A stretch of 60,876 bases of DNA, counting the filler, from Hausera hauseri (lineage: Eukaryota): NCBI GenBank assembly GCA_046269625.1. It is 12 parts of 12 records of this genome, joined end to end, with 100 filler letters (N's around TTAATTAATTAA, not from the genome) between each part and the next. Parts side by side here need not be neighbours in the genome. Positions count along the whole stretch, not along the records: positions 11,170 to 15,116 come from JBJURY010866853.1; positions 15,217 to 22,484 come from JBJURY010026451.1; positions 22,585 to 26,762 come from JBJURY010718102.1; 9 more parts are not named here. One strand, written 5' to 3'. The notes beneath the pieces were generated by a model. It made no database searches, had not been told where the DNA came from, and was given only the letters and a program-made list of their open reading frames with translations. Both the position numbers and the translations under genes were made by a program. This document shows, one piece after another, positions 11,170 through 25,500 of this stretch (position 1 is its first letter; each line of letters starts with the position of its first letter).

Positions 11170-14100
11170 CAGTGTTATGAAGAAGTACTTTGGCCATATG
11201 TACAACAGGGTTCAGTATTATATATGCCCTACATGTGAGGTAGTGTACCAAACCAATTATGAAGACTTCTACAATGTCCATAAAAAGCACTTGATTTCCT
11301 TCACCAAGTCGAAGAAACAAATGTTCAGTACCAATATGCCAATAACGACTTTCGTGCCAAAGGAAAATCAAAGATGCAGTTCATGTGTCTTGCACATGTG
11401 CAATACACAACCCCCAAAATTGCCACAATGCCATGAGGAGCTATCATGGACACAAATTCAACAAGATCATTTATTATATCTGCCCACGATGTGAGACTGT
11501 ATGTGATGGAGAATACATACAGTTTTATGAAGATCAAAAGCATCATTTGAGTGACTTTGCATCAAAGCCCTAAAAGATCATATGTATTGAGCATAGACCA
11601 GTTGCACAGTCCGCAGTATGGCCAGATGCAGCAGTACAACCTGTAGTACAGCCTGCAGCAGTACAGCTTGCAGTACATCGAGGTTCAGGATTAAAACGCC
11701 CATCAGGCCCACCATTTGTCTCAAACTCAACAGGCGTAGCGGCTCCGCCAAAAAGCTAAAGACAGCGGCCAGCTGATGCTGCTGCATTGCACAGAAAAGT
11801 CCGAAAATATGTGAATGATGCAGCTGGACAAAGAAGCATCAAGGAGTTCCTGGAATATTAAAAGGAAGAAACAGAAGGGATCCTACAGGACAATATGACT
11901 GAGCTCAAAGCTCTTAAGGTTAATATAAAACTTAAGGCCACATACGTCAATGTTGATGCTGAAGAATCAAATAGGGCCATCAAGACCAAAAATAGGCCCA
12001 TAAGGGAAAACACAAACATATCTAATTGGCTGCATGAAGAGCATACGAAGCTGATCCGTAAAGCCGATAGGAGCCAGGATAAGACGAGTAGATGGGCTCT
12101 AGCAACCATCAAAAGACTGCTTATATATGTACACAGATACTCCCCATGCGAAGCAGTTCATATATGCAGCTTCCGGAATGCATTCGGCAGAAAAATGCTT
12201 GCATCAATGTCTATAATAATGACAACAAGTGTTTCATGTATTCCATTTTTTGTAAACTCGTATGGGATCAAAAACGTGCAGCAGATCTAATTTGACTATA
12301 TAATGATCTCCAACACAACTACGACTTTCAGTGTATCACATTCCCTCCATCCCTTAATGAAATCAAGAGGTTCAGCAGCATCAACAAGATGTCCATCAAT
12401 ATCTTTGGATTGGATGAGAAAGACAAATTATACCAGTTGCAAATATGTGATGCTGAATCGGAAGATAATAGGGATCTACTCCTACAAGACGATGACGATA
12501 AGAAACATTATGTTTGGATAAAGAACTTTGAGCGTCTAGTCAGATCACAAATATCAAAGCAGGAACAGAGAATGAAAATATGCAAAAGATGTTTATCCCA
12601 TTTCAGCGGAGAGTTAGCTGTGGAAAAGCTGATGGAGCACAAGATGTACTGCAACAACAATTATTGTGTAAGGCCAGAATTTCCCAAAGAGGACGATATC
12701 AAATTTAAGGAATTCGAAAACAAAATTTAGGTACCTATTGTCGTCTATTGCAACTTTGAGGCCATTTTCAGGCCAGTTCACACATGCAGTCCCAGTCCCC
12801 AGTATAGCAGTACAACGGCATACCAATATCTAGAATTATCATCGTATTGTATGCATTCCAAAGGATTGGACTGTGAACCATATCTATTCAGGGGTCCCGG
12901 TATAGCAGCACATTTCATGAAGATATTTGAAGACATGGCTCATAAGCTTGAAAATATGCGACAACAACATTAAGACGACATAAGCATGTCTTGGATGCAA
13001 GAAGAAGAATGGCGCAAGGCAACATCATGCTAATTGTTCGACAATTCCTTTACCAAGGGAAATTGAAAAGTCAAGGATCACTGCCATTGTACAGGTGCAT
13101 ATCGGAGCGCAGCATGTAAAAACTGCAATCGCCGCTGCGAAACATGCAAATATGTGCCTGTAATATTCCGTAATCTCAGCGGCTATGATAGCCACTTCAT
13201 ATTACGAGAATTAGGCAACATTGATGGCAATATAGATATGATCCCAAACAGTGAGGAGAAATATATCACCTAACTAAGCATGTTGGTAAAATCCGACTTC
13301 GCTTCATCGATAGTTTCCGATTAATGTCGTCTTCACTAAACAGTTTAGTGCAGAACCTGCCTGCCGAAGAACTCAAGAAACGAAGCCATTCTTTCCTGAT
13401 ACCTTTGAGCTGGTTAAAAGGAAAGGAGTGTTTCCCTGTGACTATATAACATCATGGGAAACACTGTATGAGTCCCCATTACCACCCAAGGATGGTTTTT
13501 ACAGCAAGTTGTCGGACTGCAATATCAATGATGAGAACGACCAGCATGCTCAGTACGTCTGGCAGGCATTCCAATGCAGAACATTAGGGGAATATAGTGA
13601 TATATATCACCGATTTGCTGCTGCTGACAAATGTCTTTGAAAGTTTGAGGGATGTCACAATGAAGAGCCCTACTTTGGATCCGGCTCATTTCTTCACGGC
13701 TCCAGGAATGAGCTGGGCAGCAATGCTGCGCTATACCGGTATCAGGCTGCAAATCATTAAAGAATAGGACATGATCCTTATGATCGAAAGATGCATTAGA
13801 GGGGGAATATGCCAAGCCATTCACCGGTATAGCGAGGCCAACAACAAGTATATTGCTGAATACGAAACAACAAAGGAGTCATTATATATTTCCTATATGG
13901 ATGTCAACAACTTGTATGGATGGGCAATTAGCGCCCAATTGCCATATGTAAAATTCAAGTGGGCTGAGCATCCTGAAGACATCCCTCTCTTGGACCTAGA
14001 TCCCACTGGAGTTACGAGTTACATACTGGAGGTGGATATGGAATATCCGACGTCCATCCACACAAGGCATAAACGGTTGCTTTCCTCCCTAAAAGCAGGC

Positions 14101-15080
14101 CACCGCTCCATTGAAAGCAACGAAAGCTGCTCTGTCATTTGGGTAATATGGAGGGGTATGCAGTCCACTACATCAATCGCCATTAGGCAGTTAAACATGG
14201 ACTCCGCATTACTAAGGTCCATAGAGCCCTACACTATAGCCAGTCCATGCGGCTGCAGTCCTACTTTGATCTGAATACCAAGCTGTGGACAAATGCCAAG
14301 AACGATCTCGAGAAAGATCAATTTAAGCTGTGTAATAACAGAGTTTTTGGCAAGACCATAGAGAATATCCGCAACAGGATCAACATCGAGCTAGTATGTG
14401 ACTGGAAGCTGTCAAAGAAGCTTATTGCCAAGCCTAACTTCCAAAGCAGCACCACGTATGCTGAGAACTTGGTAGGCATCTATATGCTAAAAATATCATT
14501 AGTATTCAACAAGCCCATAGATATGGGTATGGAAATATTGGACTTATCAAAAACCCTAATGTACCACTTATATTATGATACAATGGTACCTACATTCAAG
14601 TCCATACAGCTGATGTATATGGATACTGATAGTTTTATATATCAGGTCCATTCTGAGGACATGTATGAAGATTTTGCCCAATTGGTTCAGTACATGGATA
14701 CCTCGGATTATCCGAAGGATTATCCAAATTATTCAACCACCAACAAGAAAGCCCTCTGGAAATTCAAAGACGAGCTGAATGGGAAGATCATCACCCGTTT
14801 CGTGGCATTGCGATCAAAAATGTATGCTGTAGACATATGTAGCCAAATCAAAAAGGTGTTCAAAGAACTACATTTTCAAAAATGTCAGTTTTGCGGACTG
14901 TGAGAGTTCTGCAGGAGTAGACTCACATAATATCGAAAATTCGAAGGATCCAATCTAGGGATCATAACATCCAAATAGTAAAACTGCAAAAAAAGAGCCT
15001 AGATTGGATGGACGACAAGCGGCAGATCCTGAGCGATGGAGTCCACACCGTACCTCATAGATATGTGGCACTACAAATAT
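11170..15080 (+). pseudogene. Protein-primed family B DNA polymerase (Polinton type) with N-terminal tandem Cys/His repeats and EndoVII-like insert, copy 1
   Basis: HYVWIKNFERL..CKRC..H..YC; KVKDHCHCTGAYRSAAC..CN; NLSGYDSHF; YMDVNNLYGWA (motif A); KLCNNRVFGKTIEN (B); YMDTDSF (C); LRSKMYA; DDKR. Many stops and frameshifts. Confidence 0.93.
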
Positions 15081-15688
15081 GTACATATTGTTAGTCTTTG
15101 TTATTTTTGGTTGTAANNNNNNNNNNNNNNNNNNNNNNNNNNNNNNNNNNNNNNNNNNNNTTAATTAATTAANNNNNNNNNNNNNNNNNNNNNNNNNNNN
15201 NNNNNNNNNNNNNNNNTATTTGCTTACCATCAACCGAAAAGTAAAGAAAGACTATCAGAAATGGGCGAAATCTTAAAAGGGCGCAAATCTAGTTCTACTC
15301 ATTTTTGTATCGGAGGGATAATAAAGAAGTACATTGTCTATTAAAACTGACATATTCAATGCTATAATTATCAATTAAATGTAACGCTTGTTAAGAGACA
15401 CATTGGAGATATTATTTCAAACCACCGTTTGTTTAAATAATATTTCTCTACCATGTTTTATGACAATGCCTTTGCACACAGCTTTACTGTTAAAAGTTAT
15501 CTACATATTTAAGTCTTAAATTTATTAAAATTTTTCAATGTAAATAATTTTATAACTTCTATAATTACTTTAGCACAAAAAATTAGTTTTGCTTNNNNNN
15601 NNNNCATCTTCACGTTCATCCATTGTTTCGTCGTTTCCAAAAGATATAGTAATTATTTATGCACTGCGTGCATTTATTCTTCTTTAGG

Positions 15689-17446
15689 CATACCAGGCAA
15701 TGTTAAACGGATGTTCATTGGATGAACTTTATCAATTAATAGTTCGAAGGAATGTTAAGGAAGTTTTAAGAGTTATGTCTGCTTTAGATAATGGTATTCA
15801 CGTATGTATAAGTATTCTTTGTTAGTTTCTTTGTTTAGAGAAACAAGAAGGATTAAACGAATTTGAATTTGAAGATGATTATGAAGATTCAATATCTTAT
15901 GGTGACGAAATAGATAGTAGGAAGACGGAAATTATTTTTTCAAATGGATATACGCCACTTATTTTGGCTGCAGAGGAAGGTTAGTAGATCTTTATTACGA
16001 TATTATTTGTGAATTTAATTAATAATTTGTATGTTACAGGGAATTGGGAAATATAAATTTTTTAAAATGAGAAGAAAATTCGATTTAATCGTATGTTCAT
16101 TTGAATTTTGAACATTGGTTTATAATGTTTTAATTCATCTCATGATAATTCGTACTTTGCATTTTAATTGTTTATCGAATTCTAATTATCTATGCATTTC
16201 AGGAATACCCGAACTTGTCGAATACTTCATTTCACAGTCCTACGATGTTAATTATAGAGTAAACAACTGCGGAACAACTGCTCTTCTTGCTGCATGTGGC
16301 AGTTCTAACCGACCCAATTCAGGATTGGTTTCACATAATCAGAATATTACTCAATGCATTCGGCTTCTTCTTGATGCTGGTGCAAATTTATCCGATACAG
16401 TCGACAGAACGAAACAGTCTGCTTTACACCTGCTGGCTTTCAATAATTACATTGAACCTTGCTCTGTGATACTTCAACGTTTAAACGATGATCCATCTTC
16501 TGCTTTATCTATCGATTGCTTGGTGAGTCCGTTTGTTCGACGTTGTTAAACAAACTCCGTATTTCTTGGATAGAATACGAAAGAATGTACTCCGCTGATG
16601 AATGCTGCTATCAGGGGTCATGTTGGTGTTATTCGACTACTCATAGACAATGGCGCAGATTCTAGTTTTCGAAATAAGTCGGGATATTCCGCTTCAGAAT
16701 TGGCATTGATGAACGGCCATTATCGTGCGGCTGACGCGTTGAAGAGGCCGTCGGAAAATCTCGATTTTTTCCGTGCGTGGTCATTGATTCACAAAGATAC
16801 TGTGCAGAATGATAATCAGAAAATGTTGAATGAGCCATTGCTTAGGAAACAGGAGAACAGGTAATCGTATGATGATGTATAGAAATAAATAACGTCAACA
16901 ATAGTAAACTATATGCCGATCCGGTGGCGTCTCTTTGCGCTAGTCTTAATTTGACACATTTACAGCCGATTCTGGAGGAACATGACGTTACATTTTCCAA
17001 ATTGCGATGTATGAGTGACAAGGAAATGAAATCTGTTAGTTCAAGATATTTAACTGACAATGAATACTGCAAAAAATGGTTCTGGAGTAGCCGAAAATTA
17101 CTATTTTCCACTACAACTGTCGTCATCTTCGTATTGATGTTGACAGTTATGTATTCCAATATTTTTTGTAGAATTGTTCACTAATTCTATGTAATCCATG
17201 GATTTAATATGGATATATTTCTTCTAAGGCAGTACCAGTTTTCTATATGTAGAATTTGCAAGGATGGCCTTTTTTTGCAGTTTTAAAAATTCACATGTTT
17301 GTCTATCATTTTTGTTTTATATTTTTGTCCAGATTGGCATCACGAAATACTCTGATCGCAAATGTCTCACCAATCTCATGGTAGACGTTCATCGATTTGG
17401 ATGGAAACATGAGTCTAGTTTGTGTTTCCCTGATTATAAGACGTCG
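15689..17446 (+). CDS. ASZ1: Spliced ankyrin-repeat + SAM protein, ASZ1/GASZ-like piRNA-pathway factor (partial; approximate exons 15689-15794, 15839-15979, 16203-16522, 16573-16860, ~16904-17034, 17333-17446)
   Basis: GYTPLILAAEEG, GTTALLAACGS..ITQCIRLLLDAGAN, TPLMNAAIRGHVGVIRLLIDNGAD; SAM LNLTHLQPILEEHDVTFSKLRCMSDKEMKS/IGITKYSDRKCL..VHRFGW; GT-AG introns, several only about 45-50 nt. Confidence 0.72.
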
Positions 17447-17889
17447 GTAAAGTACGCTTTTCTCTTATTTTCTATTATATTATTAATATACTTACTAAAA
17501 TTACTGGGGGAGGGGGTTGTTAAATTCTTTCAGCTGTTTGAAGTATTAATCAACTTTGTAAAATCGTTAAGTCCGTTGAGTTATACATAGCGATGCATAA
17601 GAAGAAGGAAAGAAAATATTGTGAAACTACTGTCAAAGTGCTTTGATAATTAACACGGATATTGAGCTACAATGATCTACAACTTTATGAAATTATTCGG
17701 TAACCGTGTCATTTCAATATTCGGTGACATTCGCTGACTCTCAAAATCAAGACTAAACCGGGGACACTGGATGAATTGAAAGAAAGAATTCAAAAAATGA
17801 AATTCGTGGTATTCCAATTGAGATGTTGCAGTGATTAAAGAAAGTAAAACGGATTCCACACGAATTGAAAAGCTATGCATTTGGTGCGA

Positions 17890-18005
17890 GTAGAGAGACG
17901 CATTGCAAGAAAAACGACGCGAATATGCCGGAATTATTCTTCTGCATGATAATGCTCGATTTCATATTGTCCTATCAGACTACTACTTGTTCCGATGATT
18001 GGATT
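17890..18005 (+). mobile_element. Mariner transposase remnant
   Basis: GIILLHDNARFH followed by SDYYLF (mariner HDNARPH / PSDYHLF motifs) with the intervening sequence deleted. Confidence 0.65.
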
Positions 18006-18534
18006 GGTTTTAAACCAGAGTAAAAATTTTCGGGATGGAATTTTATTTTCTATTTGATACTTTGTTTCGTAACGGGTATGATGTCCAGTGATGTAAATAA
18101 GCGGCTAAGTGCAATGGGGCATGTGAAAGAGAAATTGTGAGAGGAATGCAAAATGACGACCAGGACATCGGCAAAGGTTACGGTGATTCATTTGACGAAA
18201 TTAAACAGTCAATTGCAAAGCAACCAACAGTATTATGAAGAATAAAATGGATTGAAATGTTTTAAGCCTACACGTGCAGTTTTTATCCAAAGGAGATCAC
18301 CAAAACCGAGTGTCCTGCTGTCAAGAAAATCTGGAAGAAATCATCAAGCAGTGGTTTGGAGTAAGGAAAAGGCACACTTGTGGAAACAAGTTAAAGAACA
18401 TCCATCAAGCGTAATGATTTTATATTTTATCACAGGCGCATCTATAATCAATGATAGAACTTTTCGTACGTTTCAATTATGTATCGATAAGCATTTGACA
18501 ATTGAACTGTTCACATGTAATATGGTAAAGTACT

Positions 18535-18562
<28 letters not shown>
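18535..18562. repeat. (TG)n microsatellite
   Basis: About 14 uninterrupted TG units. Confidence 0.95.
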
Positions 18563-18565
<3 letters not shown>

Positions 18566-19899
18566 CATTTACATTTTATGTACTTTTTAAAATTCACTGG
18601 TTTCATATTAACCGTCTACACCAGGCATTGGACTGAGATTGTATTCAGGTGCACTGTCTCGCATGGCCGACGGATATCTTCATGTCGGAATATCCCGAAG
18701 GAATTGTTCGTAATGCGACTGTTTGCCACTTACGATCCATTGATTTTAGCATCATCCAAAGTTGACTTTCTTGGCACATTTAAGAAAATTATTCTAAAAT
18801 CAAAGGACATTTAATAAATGGAATGTCCATCGAAAATATTACGTTTCTTAATAACTACCAATGAAACGAATTTAACTGTAAAACCAGTGAGAGGAATATG
18901 CAGAATATAAAGCCAAAACAATGCATTTGGAACCTTTAAAATGTGACAGTATTTCGCAATTGTTCAAAATTCCCCAGCAACATTTTGAAATATTACAAAA
19001 TTTGCATTACCCTTTTCTCGATCTGATGTTGTTTTAATGTACAATTTTTAACGTTTCCTTTATGTTTTGACGAAAAAAAAAGAATATCCATCGAATATAG
19101 TCTGTGGTCAGTCATTAAACCAACATATTTGAGATTGACAGAACATCAAGAAAACATAAATCGAACATTAACAGAAACACTTGCACGTAAAAAGGATCGA
19201 AAATGTTGTAACACAGTGGGGCATTTGAACAAGTGCGAAATGCTGTCACATTAAATGCGTTATTTTGGCTTTCTCGGCAAACCCTTTTTTCCCTATTAAT
19301 CAGCATTATTTGTTACTAAAAATGACCCAGATTTACAGTAAAATTTGTTTCCTTGTCAGTAAACCTCATTTGGTAAAAGGAAATGGCGAAGAATCGAATC
19401 AACAGAAAAAGATAGGGTTAAGTTGTATGAAAGCAATCAACTTTAGGAATGATGAGTCGAGTTTTATATACTGTTTTTAGATTTACAATCAATGTAGTGT
19501 CGAATCGTAGTTGCCAAAAGTGAAAATTAAACATACTGTTTTATTTTTCGTCAGAGATTCATTTATAAATTCATATCGCTGTATAGAAACAAATTCAAAT
19601 ATAGGGTTCGCCATTAAAAATTTCGCTTAACATAAAAATGGAAATTCTACCCCATAAATTTTATTTAGGTTTCATTACAAAATTTTGATTTAATGAAAAA
19701 TGCAGAAAGATGTTAATGTATTATAAATTATTGTACAGTGAATATGAATCAATCAATTTACAACAAATTCTACTACCCCTTTTAGGTTGATTTTGAAAAA
19801 ACCTTTTTAAAATTGCCACACTATTAATCTTCGCAGTCACTGCTATCAAAATTTACACGAGTGACAAACAGATCAACAACATCATTAACATCTGATTCA

Positions 19900-21015
19900 G
19901 ATTCACTTTCTTATATCTTGTCTTCTTCAGTTCCATTCAGAGAACTTGATATTCCAGTCTTCTTAAATGACTTAATGATGATGTCTTTCCTGATGCTCTC
20001 CAAGACATGAAGAATCCATTCCCAGACCTATGCAATGCTTACTCGTCTGAATTTCCCTGTTAGTGTAACACTTTGATTTTCTTTTTTTCATCATCCAACT
20101 TAAATGGCTTGTTGCATATCAATAGGTTGCAGCTGTGACAGCTTCCTGGAATGACAGCTAGATGTGTCTTCATGTCTGCAGCAACCCGTTTTGTTCTTTC
20201 AGTCAGGTGGGTCCTGAACTGATCAAAGACCAAAATTTATTACTTTTTCAACAGTCTACCTTGTCTTCCCCAAATCTTCTCAAAATATAGTTTCATCCTT
20301 TCTTCGTCTATCCAGTCCTTATCGTGGCAATAAATTAGTACTCCAGGTGAGATCTTCTCCTTTGATATAGTTTTTCTCTTGAAGCTCAACATGGGTGGCA
20401 GTTTTGTTTTATCTGTCAAAACTGTCAGCACTGCTGTGAAACGATTCTTCTCGTTTCCTGTTGTCTTGATTGAAACTTTTTCTCCTTTCTGATGAACAGT
20501 TCTGTTGCTGGGTGAATCAAAAGTCATTAGAGTCTGATCCATATTTACAAACGTACTCAACTTAACGATAACTGGAACTTCTTCCTAAACTGAATCATAT
20601 ACTTCTGAAATTCCAAAATCTTGCTCCCATACTCTTTTTGGCATCTTCTGGGCCAGCTTGGTTTTTGTGTGCAGTGATAGGCCTTGTCTCTTCATGAGCT
20701 TGAAGACCCAGTTAAGAGTGTCTTCTGCCATCCATCTTATCTCAAAGAGAAGCATTTTTGTTGAAACAGCAAGTCAACTGCTCCGTTGATCCTCAATCAA
20801 CATCTTGAGAACTTCTAACTGGCCACTTTGCACTCTTTCCTCGGAAAGTTCTTTTTATTCTTGGTATCCTTTTAAGCTTTTCTTCTCTTCGCCAGATCCG
20901 AATTGCAATCTCAATTGGTTCAAACTCTTTATGAAGCTCTATTTCCATTTGTCTTGGCAAATTCAGTGACTTTCAGTTTGAAACCAGCAATGTAGGACGT
21001 TCGTTTTACAGGGTT
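19900..21015 (-). mobile_element. Pogo/Tigger-family (POGK-like) DNA transposon fossil
   Basis: N-terminal SYIAGFKLKV..AK..GN (HTH); NMDQT.MTFD.P..RTV..KG..V.IKTTGNEK.RFT.VL..KLPP...FKRK; LVFDQFRTH; AVIPG..NKPFK. Confidence 0.85.
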
Positions 21016-21519
21016 ATGCAGTATTATAAATAATTCTTTTGTACTAATATAAATAAAACATACTTAGAATAGGCACAAGTACTTATAGACAGAATTCATT
21101 TTTAATATTGTTATTATAATCAATAATCTGATTAAAATAAATAATATAGATACAAATAGGCTATACAAACAATAAACAACAACCAGTTAATCTCATGACT
21201 GGTTTTGGATTTCTGAGTTTTGGATAATAATTTTTGAATTATTGGTATTTCTTGCATAACTAATTCCTCAATATGAAACAACAAGTACACAAAACAACGA
21301 TGTATTTAGGTCATTAGTTACAAATACTTAGGTTACACCAGAAGTCCTATCACATATTTATTGCGGTTATAGTAAGAAGGCCTTGATGAAATGTTCTACT
21401 GATTATTATACTGTAAAATAAGGAATGTTTAAATTTAAATTATGTGTGTTATAACATCATTTAAAGACGTACATACAAAACCAAATGTCAGAGCATTATT
21501 TTTTGTTGGTTTAGATATC

Positions 21520-22425
21520 TCTTGTTATTCATAATGGCAATTAATAACAAATTATCGTCTGCTGAAATGCGATTGTTGGTCGAAACATGTAGAAACAGTA
21601 TGGAAGCAGCTGAAAGTAACAAATCTGTTACCACTGCTTGGGATGATGACTGTATCACACTGCGTAGCAATTATCACTCGATGCAAGAATTTCAGTCAGG
21701 GAAACATGAATTATTTGAAGACTGTTCTCGATCTGGCAGGCCTAAATCAATAATAAATGATGCAAGTATCGCAGTTATTCATGATCTGATTGATCTAAAT
21801 CAATAATAAATGATGCAAGTATCGCATTTATTCATGACCTACTTGAAGAATATCATTATTTCACAACAGATGAATTGTGTGATGCCTATGATTTATGTCA
21901 CGGTACTGTGCATCGTGTCTGAAGAGCTGAAAATAAAAAAATTCTTTCAAAATGGGCACCTCAATATTTGAATGGTTAACAGAACCAATGTTAAACGTGC
22001 ACAAAACATCATACAATTCCTCAACATGCATATTAACGTTGAAGAAAGACTAGTAATCATTGACGAAAAGTGGATGTTCCATAGATCAGTAGGATCTAAG
22101 CAAATGAATGCCGTTTGGGTAAGCAGTGCAAATCAACCAGAACAATCTCTAACCATGTGTCGAAGAATACTGCATGAAAGAAAGAGTTTAATTATAGCAG
22201 CTGTAACTTTTCTGGCTCTCATTGTGTATAAGTGTTACCTCAATATGTTTTAGTAATATTTCATATTTATTTGGATTTTTAAAAATGGTCAGCACAATTT
22301 CTCCAGATATGTAAGGAACCCGGTAAAGTGAAATAGCATTGTCATTATGCATAACAATGCTAAGCCACGTTCAGCTTACAATATCACAACATTTTTGAAT
22401 AATAATGGTGCTAACCTTTTAAAAT
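21520..22425 (+). mobile_element. Mariner-type transposase fossil with a 53-bp internal tandem duplication (21742-21840)
   Basis: FEDCSRSGRPKS, LSKWAPQYL, VIIDEKW, IMHNNAKP motifs; ctaaatcaataataaatgatgcaagtatcgca occurs twice. Confidence 0.8.
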
Positions 22426-22584
22426 TAGTGTTATTAATTAAATAATTAAATTTTGAGTAAATTAGAAAAATTCAAGTCTTTGTGNNNNNNNNNNNNNNNN
22501 NNNNNNNNNNNNNNNNNNNNNNNNNNNNTTAATTAATTAANNNNNNNNNNNNNNNNNNNNNNNNNNNNNNNNNNNNNNNNNNNN

Positions 22585-25500
22585 TGTGAGTGTTAAAGAT
22601 AAAGTAACTAGCTTTTATGACTGCGGCCGATATGCGCTCAGCGAGAGGCTTGACTTCGGTTGAGAGGAAGCCATGTTGTTTCAGGATGGAATTATTTTGA
22701 GGTAGCCAGCTCCCAAGGCTGCGGACGACAAATGTGGAGTCATGTATTCTTTTATCGTTAAAGTCTAGTTGAGATTGGTACATTGTTTTAAGGGAGATGT
22801 ATTTGGTGACATTATCTTTGGCAACTTGTTTAACGGTTCTGAGACTGTCAAAGGACAATTTTACATCTATGATGAAAAGTTGATGAAAAGGTTTGGAATT
22901 TAGTTGATGTTACGCCAGGAGTGTTTTTTCTCTCGAGCAACATTGAGGCCTTTTGCCAGGATAGCTTCTGTGAGAATATGTAGGACTTTATCGTGACGAG
23001 CAGTAATTAATAGTTCATGGTGTTTACATAGGTTAAGTACATGTGGTTCTGAATCTTTATAATCATGGCATAGGCGGCAGTGGCGAGTTAGGCATAGTTT
23101 ATCCCGAAATCCTCGATGGTTTAGTGGGAGTAAGTTATTCCTGGCGACATAGGCAAATCTCCACGTATCGGGGCTGAGGGTTATAGATGACATAACTAGG
23201 TTAGAGTAACTGTGGAGTTCTAGCATGTCGGCGCATTTTCCTTGGACTTTTTTAAGTTGGGCTTTAGATTTGATCAGAAGAGTTATGGTGATGGATTTGC
23301 CTTCGTGTGTGTTTGGAGTTTGGTTCATTTGTTTACGCCATTTTTCAAAGTAGTACGTGTGAATAAGTTTGTGAAGTTCTTTGCAGCAGTCATCGGCTTT
23401 GGTGGGAAGGATTTTGAGATCTTGGCCCGGTCTGTGGACCATGAGGATTACATCGTCATCAACATCAAGTTCAAATTTGCACGTAATTTCTTTGCGGCGG
23501 ATATGGAGAACTGAATCTCGATTTTTTTCCACCAAATAGTGCTTGGAGTCTGTCTTATTTCGGTTGAGGCGGCGATTATCCATCTCAAAGATTCAGAAAG
23601 TTCCAGACTGTTGTGGAATCGGTCACAAGTGACTCGCAGGAGGTGATATTTGGCAAAGTATCTAATGTTGTGGTCGTCGCCATTAAGGAGTTGGTGAGCT
23701 TGGGCCATGCTTTGGATTGCATTATTCATCCTTCATGGGCACTAGGCCTAGTCCACCTTGGTCATAGTCCACAAGGGGGAAGTCTGTGCCAGCGTCGTTG
23801 GTTGGGGGTTTTAGGATTTTGTCTTTGAGAATGCGCATGCATTTGGCATCAAAGTTTAGGTAGGTGAGATTGCCCGATTTATGAGTGGTGTTACGTCCAA
23901 GTGATGTCCAGTTAATTACTGTGCTGCAGAGGTGGAATTTTGTGGTGGAGAAGATAAATGTTTTGTATGCGTGGATTTTTGGGGCTGGGTGGAGATCAGA
24001 GTCGGCAGTAGTGTTCCAGAGTTCGATGTTTTGATGTAGTAGATCATCGAGTTGTTGTTTCTTTTAATGGCCGAATGGAACACCGAGGTATTTATAATAT
24101 TCATCACCTATTATGGTAGGTACTATTTGTCCGTTGATAAGTAAGTCGAGCATATCATCCTTTTTATTCATGCGAAAGTAGCCATATTTGCTAGGATTCA
24201 ATGTGAGGTTGACCTTGGATGCTAAGTCTACTATTTTATTGAGGTGTTTTTGAAGGTCAGCGTGAGATTTTGTAAGGTAGACTGCGTAGGCCAAGCAGCG
24301 TAATGGTTTGTCGAATAGTGTTATTGTATCGGTGATTGTTTGTTCAGCTTTGGTTAAGAGGAAGTTCGTGACTAGCGAGAAGAGTGTCATGGATGAGGGA
24401 CTACCTTGTCTAACATCACGCTTGATGTCTAGAGCAGGTATATGGATGTTACCATAAATGTAGCTGGATTGGCAATTTTTGTAGAGTTTTTTAATGAGGA
24501 GTCTTGTTTGTCAGTTTAGACCAATTTTTCTATGGCGTGATTGATGAAATTATGCGGGATTGAAGGGAATGCTTTCTTGAGATCAACGAAGCACATATGT
24601 ACATGTTCTTTAGGATATTGAACTACATGTGCTTTGAGCGCTATCAACCAGAAATTGTGTTATCAGCATGCATTGGAGGCTCCGATGGCTTTTGATGGGG
24701 ATGTAAAAGGTCTCCAAAGGCTATCCATTTCATAAGGCGGCTATTTATAATTTTGGTAAAGATACGGTAAGAGGTATCCATGACTGCGATGGGACACCAT
24801 GAGGATATTAGGTATAAGTAGTCTTCTTTACCTAGTTTGGGTATCAAGGTAGTTCTGAATGATTTCCACTGCGCGGGGATGTCCAAGTTTAGGAGGACAT
24901 GGATGAATAACGTTTCCAGAGCAGTAAAATTTGGGGTCTAAGGTTTTCGAATGTGAGTATTTAATTTCATTTTTTTCAGGGCTGCTTTTTTGCATTTCTT
25001 GAAAGCCTTTTTGATATCGTCAGTGGAGACTGGTGAGTTTACAAAGGAGTCTTTGGCAGAGGGAGCATTATAGAAAGTATAGTTGATGTCTGGAATGTTT
25101 GGAGAGGTTTGAGGATAGTGGCTAATTACCGCTTGTCTCGAGGAGAGTGAGATGTAGATGGTTGGATGAAAGACTTTATTGTAGACAATTTTTGGAGCTT
25201 TTTTGTATTCGAGTCTAAGGAGGAGATCAGATTGTTCCGTTTGGCGAGTGTTTGTGATTGGGTGTCTGGTATTTTTTTCAGGTGTTGGGAAAAGTTCTTC
25301 TTTGGCTCTTGCTGCTTCCTTGAGAAAGTATGTGGCCCGTAGGCCTGATGTGTTTAGATATAATAGGGCTTTCTCAATAAGGAGATGGGTGGTTTTATCT
25401 TTTTTTTTCTTGAGTTTTTGGAAGATTAGGTACTCGAGTACGAGTTGTGCTACATATTTTCTCATTTTAACAGGTGGCAGTTTGGAAAGGATTTATGTAT

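Noticed and set aside
5926-15116. Contigs 2 and 3 read as one complete Polinton (capsid module followed by polB)
   Set aside because: A spacer separates them, so adjacency is not evidence of linkage.
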